From an uncultured archaeon (GTDB lineage: Archaea; Asgardarchaeota; Thorarchaeia; Thorarchaeales; Thorarchaeaceae): DNA of 25,952 nt. The stretch is from assembly GCA_964610875.1 (NCBI GenBank), contig CAZSWP010000002.1, forward strand, positions 116,541 to 142,492. Direction: 5' to 3'. How positions within the stretch are numbered: the first letter of the stretch is position 1; every line of letters starts with the position of its first letter. Of the stretch, positions 16,261-24,704 are shown piece by piece. The position numbers were made by a program, and so were the translations under genes. The notes beneath the pieces were generated by a model, which searched no databases, had not been told where the DNA came from, and saw only the letters and a program-made list of their open reading frames with translations.

Positions 16261-17862
16261 TTAAAATACACCACTAATATTGCCATTCTCATCAACATCC
16301 ATTCCCCACGCTGCAGGTTCTTCGGGTAGACCAGGCATCAACCTGATATCGCCCATATACATCACAATAAACCCAGCACCAGCACTTACATCAGCACCAT
16401 TCACTTCACATTCAAATCCAGTCGGTCGTCCCTTTAATGCAGGATTATCTGACAAGCTAAACTGAGTCTTTGCAACACAAATTGGTAGATTACCATAGCC
16501 CCTCTTCTCAAGCGAGCGGATTCTTCCCCTAGCACCAGTGGTATAGTCAACACCATTAGCACCATAGATTTGTGTCGCTAGTTTAGTCAGTTTTGTTTTA
16601 AGAGAATCATCTACATCATAAGTATAGTTCATCGCACACTTCTGTTCATTCTCTACAGAGTCTATCACAGCTCGCCCCAGGTCTAATCCACCTTCGCTAC
16701 CCTTGGCAAACACTTCAGAGACCTCCATCCTCCATCCTTTCTGTTTGCAGAAAGCACGAAGTTGATCAATCTCCTCGTTCGTGTCACCATTGAATCTATT
16801 GAGAGTAACAACTGCAGGACAACCGAATAACTCGAGATTCTCCATATGTTTCTCTAGATTTGGAAACCCGAGTTCTAGATTTCCCTCGCCATGGTCCTTC
16901 AATGCACGAATGGTAGTGACGACAACAGTTGTATCAACCACCAAGTCACCTGCTCGTGAAACTATATTGAAGAACTTCTCAGCGCCCAGATCGGCACCAA
17001 ATCCTGCTTCAATGACAACATAATCAAACAATTTCAATGCAAGGTCAGTACCAATGACTGAACTGGTGCCATGGGCAATGTTGGCAAAAGGTCCGGTATG
17101 AATGATTGCAGGTGTGCCCTCACTTGTCTGCACAAGATTTGGTTTGATGGCATCACGAAGTAAAACAGCCATGGCTCCTTCAGCCTGTAGGTCTCTCGCG
17201 AACATCTCCTTTAAACTTGAGGTTCGTGCGACCAGGATATCGCCCAGTCGTTTCTTCAAATCCTGATATCCCGTGGTCAATGCCAGTATTGCCATTACTT
17301 CAGACGCAGCTGTGATGACGAAGGTGTCTTCTCTTGGAAATCCATCCCAGCGTCCCCCAAGACCAACTATTACTTTTCTCAATGCACGGTCGTTCATATC
17401 CAAACATCTTGGCCAGTATACACGGCGGACGTCAATCTCTGGGTCCTTATCCCTGTGGATATGATTGTCAACGATTGCACTAAGGATATTATTTGCAGAT
17501 GTTATAGCAGGAAAATCAGATGTGAACAAAAGATTGATTTTCTCAAAAGGTAGGACCTGTGACTTCCCACCACCTGCTGCACCACCTTTCACGCCAAAAA
17601 CAGGACCAAGTGAGGGTTCTCGTAAGCATACAACAGTTTTCTTTCCAAGAGCATTCAGTGCCATTGAAAGACCAATGGAATTCGTTGTCTTTCCTTCACC
17701 TGCTGCTGTAGGACTTGTAGCTGTTACAAGAATCAGTTTGCCCTTGCGTTCACCAAGCTCCTTTCTGATGTTCAGGTCAATCTTTGTAATGTACTTCCCA
17801 TATGTTTCGAGATAGTCGTCAGATATCCCATAGTCTACTGCTACATCTCTTATCAGTTTCAT
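16261..17862 (-). CDS. fhs: Formate--tetrahydrofolate ligase
   Basis: PTAAGEGKTT, GVKGGAAGGG, HTGPFANIAHG, EAGFGADLGAEKF, AKTQFSLSD and MPGLP. AGGTG RBS before ATG 17862. Confidence 0.97.
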   Translation of the reverse strand: MKLIRDVAVDYGISDDYLETYGKYITKIDLNIRKELGERKGKLILVTATSPTAAGEGKTTNSIGLSMALNALGKKTVVCLREPSLGPVFGVKGGAAGGGKSQVLPFEKINLLFTSDFPAITSANNILSAIVDNHIHRDKDPEIDVRRVYWPRCLDMNDRALRKVIVGLGGRWDGFPREDTFVITAASEVMAILALTTGYQDLKKRLGDILVARTSSLKEMFARDLQAEGAMAVLLRDAIKPNLVQTSEGTPAIIHTGPFANIAHGTSSVIGTDLALKLFDYVVIEAGFGADLGAEKFFNIVSRAGDLVVDTTVVVTTIRALKDHGEGNLELGFPNLEKHMENLELFGCPAVVTLNRFNGDTNEEIDQLRAFCKQKGWRMEVSEVFAKGSEGGLDLGRAVIDSVENEQKCAMNYTYDVDDSLKTKLTKLATQIYGANGVDYTTGARGRIRSLEKRGYGNLPICVAKTQFSLSDNPALKGRPTGFECEVNGADVSAGAGFIVMYMGDIRLMPGLPEEPAAWGMDVDENGNISGVF

Positions 17863-17899
17863 TGACGGCACCTGTAACTAGTTGCTCTTGGTTAATACC

Positions 17900-17906
17900 T
17901 ATATAA
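17900..17906 (-). promoter_or_regulatory. TATA box of the fhs-folD(-ftcd) transcript
   Basis: Minus strand TGTTATATAGG about 40 nt upstream of the fhs ATG. Confidence 0.6.
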
Positions 17907-18295
17907 CACTAGAATTCTTGGTCATTGATAAACACTGCTCTTTCTGGTTCGGAGGATTATTGTGTTTATGTTTCAGATAGAGCCAAACCAATTGGTTGTA
18001 TTATAATTCAAGAGTACGATGTATGATTAAGGATGCGACGTGAAATCGGACTTGTTCTAGCAATATTTATTGCACCACCAAGGAACTCATTCTCATCTGC
18101 ACTTACGAACTTGTGTTGAAATCCTACGCATAGTTGTCTTAGTGATAATGAAGAGGAAGTCATCATGAAGAAACTCTAATGTCAAAGAAAACATCAAAGG
18201 TTCTGAGGTCTTCTAGAGAGAAGAAAAGACCAACTTCAACTGAAGTCCAAAAGAACATAAGTCGGAATGCCGTTTCCATTATTTGGTTGATTGAA

Positions 18296-19606
18296 ATGAT
18301 GGAGAAGCTTCCCCTTGAGGCACTTCCTGACGCATTACCAGATGCGATTGATGTTGAAAAATATGTCATTTGCACTTACTATGTTGGGTTACCCCCATTT
18401 ATGGATGCAAAGGAAGTTGCGTATGTTGCTGCAATTGAGCAAAGTACGGGTACTTGGATTCCTGTCCCGGGCGAAACTACGGATGTGAGAAAACGTCATG
18501 TCGCTAAGGTCACTGGAGTCTATGAGGTACCTCAGTATGAATATAGTACTCCAAAAGATTTGGAACGACGAGAGTATATCATTCAGATTGCATTTCCATG
18601 GGAGAATTTTGGGACTCAGATACCCATGTTACTGAGCACAGTCATAGGAAACATCTCTCTTGGTGGCAGAATCAAGTGTCTGGATATGAGATTTCCAAAA
18701 AGTTGGCTCAAAGGATTCAAAGGCCCCAAGTTCGGAATCAAGGGAATACGCAAAATGCTTGGGGTTAAGAAACGACCTCTCATCAATAATATGATCAAGC
18801 CATGTGTCTATACTTCTGCAAAGATGGGTGCTGACTTGGCTTATCAAGCGGCAGTAGGAGGAGCAGACATCATCAAGGACGATGAACTCCTCGCTGATCC
18901 TCATTTCAATACATTAAAAGAACGTATTCCACTCTTTATGGAAGCACTGGACAAAGCAGATTCTGAAAAAGGAGAGAAAACACTCTATACAGCCAATATC
19001 ACTGATAGAGTACCTAAACTATTTGAGAATGCAGATTTGGCTCAGGAACTTGGAGCAAATGCTTTGATGATTAATATCTTCGCAGTGGGATATTCTGCAT
19101 TTCGACATGTCTGTGAAGACCCCTCAGTCAAAGTTCCTATTCTCTGCCATATGGATATCATGGGTGCTATGTCATACTCTCCAATCACAGGAATAGGTAC
19201 TAACATTGTCATCGGAAAGCTACCAAGAATTTGTGGTTCAGACATAACTGTATTTCCTGCGCCGTATGGAAAGGCACCAATCCTGAAAGAGAGATATCTA
19301 GGAATGGCTCATGACATGGTTATGCCATTACATAATATCGACCAGAGCTGGCCAATGCCAAGTGGAGGCATATCTCAAGGCATGGTTGAAGAAGTTGTTG
19401 ATGATTTGGGAACAGATATTGTAATTGGCTCAGGAGGTGCTATTCATGCACATCCTGATGGACCTAAAGCCGGAGCAATGGCATTTCGACAAGCGATAGA
19501 TGCAAAGATGCAAGGAATCCCAGTGAGTAGGTATGCAAAGGAACATGATGAACTCAAGAAAGCGATGGATTCATGGGGTTCCGGTAGAACTGGGTTTGAT
19601 CTATAG
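18296..19606 (+). CDS. RuBisCO-like protein (form IV RLP)
   Basis: EQSTGTW, GPKFGI, IKP, GGADIIKDDE, SGG and GGAIHAHPDG. Lacks the K177, R295 and H327 equivalents. The N-terminal 39 aa of the ORF-track call look like non-coding leader. Confidence 0.92.
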   Translation: MMEKLPLEALPDALPDAIDVEKYVICTYYVGLPPFMDAKEVAYVAAIEQSTGTWIPVPGETTDVRKRHVAKVTGVYEVPQYEYSTPKDLERREYIIQIAFPWENFGTQIPMLLSTVIGNISLGGRIKCLDMRFPKSWLKGFKGPKFGIKGIRKMLGVKKRPLINNMIKPCVYTSAKMGADLAYQAAVGGADIIKDDELLADPHFNTLKERIPLFMEALDKADSEKGEKTLYTANITDRVPKLFENADLAQELGANALMINIFAVGYSAFRHVCEDPSVKVPILCHMDIMGAMSYSPITGIGTNIVIGKLPRICGSDITVFPAPYGKAPILKERYLGMAHDMVMPLHNIDQSWPMPSGGISQGMVEEVVDDLGTDIVIGSGGAIHAHPDGPKAGAMAFRQAIDAKMQGIPVSRYAKEHDELKKAMDSWGSGRTGFDL

Positions 19607-19679
19607 GATGTCGTGGAAGAGGCAGAAACAAGGGAGAAACGAGTCTTACGAGTGATGATAAGGTTCAACAACAGATAAC

Positions 19680-21257
19680 CTAATGCTTATTCATCTTCTT
19701 CCAGAGGCTCTTGTTTCTTTTGTAGTATTCTTTCAAGAGATCGAATTGCTCATCATAAACATCTGAATTGAGTGGGTCTGGTTCAAATACTCGTTCCACT
19801 TGAATTCTCGATGCTGCAGACTCAAAGTCATTGATCTCGCCTAGTCCTACAAAGGCGACCATTGAAACACCCACACTTCCAGCTTCTAGAGGGTTGATCA
19901 TTCTATAGAGAGGTTTCTGAAGCACATCAGCATAGATTTGAGACCAGATGTCCGAGTTCGCACACCCCCCAATCAAATGTACTTTCGATACATAGCCAAG
20001 CATCTTTCCTTTCTCAATGCCCTCCATCATCCAACGAGTGTGATACGCAACACCTTCAAGCACTGCTCGAACCATATGTCGCTTCTCATGAGATAGTGAG
20101 AGATTGAAATAACCACCTCTAACATTATGGTCATCAAGAGGACTTCGTTCTCCAAACATCCAAGGGGCGAATAATAAACCATCACTACCAGGAGGAGCAC
20201 GTTCAGCTATGGGATCAAGTGTTGTATACGGGTTTCGCTCCCCCTCAACACAATCCTTGCATGCCTCAGTGGCATAATCACGAACGTTCTGACATAAATC
20301 ACAATGCCAATGCTCCTTCACATGTTTTAGACAGGCACCTGCACTCTCTTGTTCTGCCACTAAGAAATACTTGCCAGGAATGGCGCTCCTAATCGAACCG
20401 GTGTATGTGAAGATGTCAAGTTTTCTATCTCTCACATGAGCACCTAACCAAGCGCTAGACCCAGCATAAAGATGAACCTCTTTTTCTCTTACAGCACCCG
20501 AACCAACACCAGCTGCGGTCATATCCCCACACCCATTGACAACTTGAACAGAAGTTGCAAGACCTAAATCCGCAGCAGCCTCAGGTGTCAGAGACCCTAT
20601 CACCTCAGTAGAGGGAGCAAGTTCAGGCAGTTTGTCTTCATCTAAATCAATCCAGTTAAGGATAGTACTGGACCACTCATTTTTACCCTTTCTCGTGTCC
20701 ATAAACCATGTGAGATTCGCACAGTCCCATGAGGTGACATATTCACCTGTGGTCTTATGAATGAGAAAATCCTTACAATCAAGAAACTTGTGGGTCTTTT
20801 GGAATATTTGGGGTCGTTCCTCCATCACCCATACTATTTTACCAATGATATCTTTGCCTGAAGGAATACCACCAGTGATACGAAGCATTCTCAGCATCTT
20901 GAGAGGATTGGAAACTACAGCCTTGTTCTGATAAGCTGCTCGTGTATCCATCCATATCATACAGTTCATCAGTGGGTTTCCATCCTTGTCTACAGGAAGC
21001 GTTCCCATCATCTGCGTTGAGAAAGTAACAGCTAGTACAGAGCTAGGATCAACAGCAGCTTCACGAATTACAGCTTTTGATGTATTAGAGATAGATTGCC
21101 ACCAATGTTCAACAGGGTCTTGCTCTGCCCAACCGGAATTGGGATAGATAACTGGATACTTTGATTCAGCAGATGCTTTTATCCGCCCATTTATGTCCAC
21201 AAGGGAGGCTTTGTTTCCCCCGGTCCCGACATCGTGGGCAAGCACATAGCCCGTCAT
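19680..21257 (-). CDS. FGGY-family carbohydrate kinase (xylulokinase-like)
   Basis: AHDVGTGGNK, WAEQDP, WMDTR, GCGD, PWMFGERSP, RAVLEGVAY and IGGCANS. Start ATG 21257. Confidence 0.9.
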   Translation of the reverse strand: MTGYVLAHDVGTGGNKASLVDINGRIKASAESKYPVIYPNSGWAEQDPVEHWWQSISNTSKAVIREAAVDPSSVLAVTFSTQMMGTLPVDKDGNPLMNCMIWMDTRAAYQNKAVVSNPLKMLRMLRITGGIPSGKDIIGKIVWVMEERPQIFQKTHKFLDCKDFLIHKTTGEYVTSWDCANLTWFMDTRKGKNEWSSTILNWIDLDEDKLPELAPSTEVIGSLTPEAAADLGLATSVQVVNGCGDMTAAGVGSGAVREKEVHLYAGSSAWLGAHVRDRKLDIFTYTGSIRSAIPGKYFLVAEQESAGACLKHVKEHWHCDLCQNVRDYATEACKDCVEGERNPYTTLDPIAERAPPGSDGLLFAPWMFGERSPLDDHNVRGGYFNLSLSHEKRHMVRAVLEGVAYHTRWMMEGIEKGKMLGYVSKVHLIGGCANSDIWSQIYADVLQKPLYRMINPLEAGSVGVSMVAFVGLGEINDFESAASRIQVERVFEPDPLNSDVYDEQFDLLKEYYKRNKSLWKKMNKH

Positions 21258-21354
21258 TTTTACACATCCATTCCAAGCTACTGTATGTACAGTTTGCGAG
21301 AGAAATAACTTTCGGATTTTTGAGGGCGTTGCAGAATGATGATTCTTACTAGGA

Positions 21355-22575
21355 CTATAGATCAATTGTTTCAATATTCCCTTCATGATCAATTGATTCT
21401 ATGATCAATGGAGAGTCACCACCTGTTGCAGACTCCAATTTGAGGACATTTCTCATCACATCTAGGAATTCAAGTGGTTGTAAACAAGCTTCTGGTGGAA
21501 GAACACCTTTGCCATAGACCTTTCCTCGTTGCATAAGAAGTGCGCCTATTGCCGCAGGAATACCAGTACCTTCTCCCATAGACAGACCTTCTGAAGCAAG
21601 TGAGAAATCAAAACGGTGTGGTTTCCCCTCGACTTTTCCTTTCATAGTAATCTTGAGGCAACCACGTTGAGTGCCAAAGTTCGTTTCTTCTAGTATCTTG
21701 TCTCTCTTACTCAGAATGTAGGCAATTGTGAAATCAAGAGGTACAACTTGTTGTCCATTGACCTCAATGGGTTCCTCATCAACTAATCCGGCTTTAACAA
21801 CTTGTTGAATCAGACTATAGTATTCATTAGGCAAGACACAACCAAGATTTGTGACTCTTTTGCATTCAATGTAATTTGGTAGTGTAATTGTTTCAGGATG
21901 AGGATATGGATAACAACGATGTGTTCCGACACAGTGAAAATCAACATCCTCCTCTAAAGCTCTTCCGCTTTCTTCGAAATAGCGAACTGTTGTGAACTGG
22001 CCATCTAGATACATGGGGATGTCTGCGAGCATACTATGAACTCTATGAGCTACAACAGCTGCACCCTCTGTGGGCTCGCCTCCATGCGCATGCAGAATAT
22101 CTATCACTTCAACCTCATCTAACATATGGTCTGCACAGAATTTCGCGAGTAGATTTGCTACACCCGGAGAGCTACCCATTCCGGTTAATGCGGTGATATC
22201 TGCTTTCTTTGCTGCATCGTCCATATCAAGAAGTAAGCAGGTAGCATCAAAGTCGTCACAAACATCAACATAATTTATCCCAGACTCAATTACTGCCTTG
22301 AGGATGATGGGTCCGAGTCTGTAGAAAGGCCCACTGCAGTTCAATACCACATCTGCACCCATTATGACTTTCTTGATCTCATCAGGGTCTGTGGCATCCA
22401 CCTTAACAGCGGAACACGTGTCTACGGATATTTCTGCAGCCCTATGGATCGCCTTCTCCTCATCAATATCGGCAATCACAATCTCATCAAAATCATCGAA
22501 GGCAGCAAGGGTTTTTACAGCTACGCTACCAACAGTACCACAGCCACCTAATACCACAACTCGGGACATGAGCAT
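21355..22575 (-). CDS. Saccharopine dehydrogenase-like NAD(P)-dependent oxidoreductase
   Basis: VLGGCGTVG Rossmann fold, NCSGPFY, YVDVCDD, GMGSSPG, HPETITL and GVLPPE. Start at 22575 or 22569. Confidence 0.88.
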   Translation of the reverse strand: MLMSRVVVLGGCGTVGSVAVKTLAAFDDFDEIVIADIDEEKAIHRAAEISVDTCSAVKVDATDPDEIKKVIMGADVVLNCSGPFYRLGPIILKAVIESGINYVDVCDDFDATCLLLDMDDAAKKADITALTGMGSSPGVANLLAKFCADHMLDEVEVIDILHAHGGEPTEGAAVVAHRVHSMLADIPMYLDGQFTTVRYFEESGRALEEDVDFHCVGTHRCYPYPHPETITLPNYIECKRVTNLGCVLPNEYYSLIQQVVKAGLVDEEPIEVNGQQVVPLDFTIAYILSKRDKILEETNFGTQRGCLKITMKGKVEGKPHRFDFSLASEGLSMGEGTGIPAAIGALLMQRGKVYGKGVLPPEACLQPLEFLDVMRNVLKLESATGGDSPLIIESIDHEGNIETIDL

Positions 22576-22627
22576 ATGAGAGTACTACCAGATATTTAGG
22601 TGTGTCGAGCTTTTGGATGAGTATGTG

Positions 22628-23176
22628 CTATGAAATAAAGCAATCTTTAGCGACTCTTCCGGACTTATCGAAGGTGACTCCTTCCATCTCCAAGAAGGCT
22701 CTTTTCATTTCAGTGCCTCCTTGAAACCCTCCAATCGACCGGTCAGATTTTACAGTCCGATGACAGGGTACAATAATGGCAAATGGATTACGTGCCAACG
22801 CAGAACCTACAGCCCGAACTGCATTACTATTCACTTTTCTGGCTAACCACGAGTATGAGGCGGTTTTACCTCGTGGAATTGTACACTCAGATTCTAGTAC
22901 TCTTAGTTGAAAATCACTGCAGATGGTTTTGTCAACCATATCCATTGAGAAATCGACTACTTCACCATTAAAGAACTGAGAGAACTTCTTTGAGAGTTGA
23001 GAGAAAATAGTACTATCGCATTTCGCAGAAGGGGCATGTGTTCTTATTCTTAAAAGCAACTTATCTTTTGACATTGGCAGAATTGTTCTTGATACCTTTC
23101 CCTTAGAAATGTCTACTATGAAAGCAAAATGGCCATAGCTCGTATGTATTGTAGCATACTTGTAGTCCAAATGCAT
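22628..23176 (-). CDS. ogt: Methylated-DNA--protein-cysteine methyltransferase
   Basis: IPRGKTASY, RAVGSALARNP and active-site PCHR. Confidence 0.92.
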   Translation of the reverse strand: MHLDYKYATIHTSYGHFAFIVDISKGKVSRTILPMSKDKLLLRIRTHAPSAKCDSTIFSQLSKKFSQFFNGEVVDFSMDMVDKTICSDFQLRVLESECTIPRGKTASYSWLARKVNSNAVRAVGSALARNPFAIIVPCHRTVKSDRSIGGFQGGTEMKRAFLEMEGVTFDKSGRVAKDCFIS

Positions 23177-23227
23177 CACACTCTCAATTCTTAGACCGAT
23201 ATGATATTGAGAAGACACTTAATATCT

Positions 23228-23930
23228 ATGTACATTCTTAAATACAAAAATGGTATTCTATCGTTTGGAAAAGATTTAGCTCAAGAAAACAAATGTGTCC
23301 ATTACGGCACCACTGAGGTTTCGACCATCTATTGTCCCGATGGTCACAATGTGTATGATTCATGCCATTCCAATAATGCGCTCTATTTTTGAAATAATTG
23401 CTAAGAGTGAAATAAGTACAGAACCCAAAGAAATCGTAGAATCTATTTTTGTGTATCTTTCATTTAGCTTCGGTGGTCCAAAACATCATAGTCTTGTTCC
23501 AGCTGCGCTTCTCATTGCAATGAAGAATAGAGGAATTAAAAGAAAGAATGGAAACACAATAACAACGAAAGATGTTCTGAAAGGTATAAGACGTGGGTCA
23601 AAAACCCCAGGAGGCTTCTGCGGACATGCAGGAAATTGCGGTGCATGTGTTGGAGCAGGCATTGCCACTGCTATCTATCATGGTTCCACACCAATAAACG
23701 GGTGAAGAGCGAAAGGAGTCACACCAAACAACAATCAAAGCGTTAGAGATGGTTGTTGATGGCCTTGTGAGGTGTTGTAAAAGGTCTACCTTCTATGGAA
23801 TCAAAGCCTCTATTGAGATATTAGATGACACTCATGGAATTCATCTAGGTAAGACACCGACTTCAGTTCCTGTAAGAATTTAGAATTGAATCGAAACTGT
23901 GCTAAAGAAAGATGTATCTTTTTCAAAACA
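23228..23930 (+). pseudogene. DUF5714-like Cys-rich protein, pseudogene with three frameshifts
   Basis: Four pieces in alternating frames: KCVHYG...CPDGHNVYDSCH / GGPKHHSLVPAALL...PGGFCGHAGNCGACVGAG / GEERKE...RCCKRS / CKNLELNRNCAKERCIFF. Shifts near 23381, 23700 and 23870. Confidence 0.8.
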
Positions 23931-23954
23931 CACGCCTGGTATTATCCATTGATT

Positions 23955-24686
23955 CTATTCGATTGCTATCCTATCTCCAATTTTAAAATTCATTTCATCT
24001 ACAGCACTCGCGTTTCTTGCAGATATCTCAAGAGTACCACAACTTCCTGTCACAAGAAATATCCCTGATTCAGGCCCAGCTGAATAATGTGGATACCATT
24101 CGATCTTCCATCTTAGGTCATCTGTAAGAATGAGGTACTCCTTTTTTCTAGAAGGAGGGATATTAGTAATAATATTACCAAATCTATCAATTCTGACTAT
24201 CTCACCTTCACGCCCATCCTGATGAAAGTAGAGCTTCACACTCAACTTGGGTTTGAATCCACCTAGTATTTTGCTAGCCTGTTTTGTTTCAAGAAATCCA
24301 GCCATACGAGCGAAGACATCACGTCCATGAAAGGTCTGAGAAGCTGAATCTTCAATATTGATACTGGATACACTTACAACACCATCATCCTCTACAGCTG
24401 GAAAGAGTAGCCCGTTGTCGGGTCCTATGAACGCGTAATTCTTTGTTGTCACCATTACTGCATCCCGTTCAGAGCCAACTCCAGGATCAACGACTGCAAC
24501 AAAGATGGTTCTTTTCGGGAAAAAACTGTAATTGTTCAGTAATACCCAAGCACCTTCACGTACAGATTGTGCCGAGATTGAGTGTGTCAAATCAACGATT
24601 TTTGCATCAGGAACCAACGAGAGAATGACACCCTTCATAACACCAACATACTCTGACTCTCCAAAGTCGCTCAAGAGCACAATCAT
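23955..24686 (-). CDS. SAM hydroxide adenosyltransferase (DUF62; SAM hydrolase of the chlorinase/fluorinase superfamily)
   Basis: LLSDFG, VVDPGVGSER, TFHGRD (His indicates hydrolase type) and IDRFGNIITN. GAGGT RBS before ATG 24686. Confidence 0.92.
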   Translation of the reverse strand: MIVLLSDFGESEYVGVMKGVILSLVPDAKIVDLTHSISAQSVREGAWVLLNNYSFFPKRTIFVAVVDPGVGSERDAVMVTTKNYAFIGPDNGLLFPAVEDDGVVSVSSINIEDSASQTFHGRDVFARMAGFLETKQASKILGGFKPKLSVKLYFHQDGREGEIVRIDRFGNIITNIPPSRKKEYLILTDDLRWKIEWYPHYSAGPESGIFLVTGSCGTLEISARNASAVDEMNFKIGDRIAIE

Positions 24687-24704
24687 GACAACTGACCTCA
24701 CATC

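Noticed and set aside
18179-19606. True CO2-fixing form III RuBisCO
   Set aside because: The K177, R295 and H327 equivalents are missing.
23703-23705. TGA as a selenocysteine codon in the DUF5714 gene
   Set aside because: Family-like sequence continues in a shifted frame (GGT GAA GAG...), not through the TGA.
23955-24686. Fluorinase or chlorinase
   Set aside because: TFHGRD with the Asp-Arg-His set indicates the DUF62 hydrolase; halogenases have Tyr at the His position.
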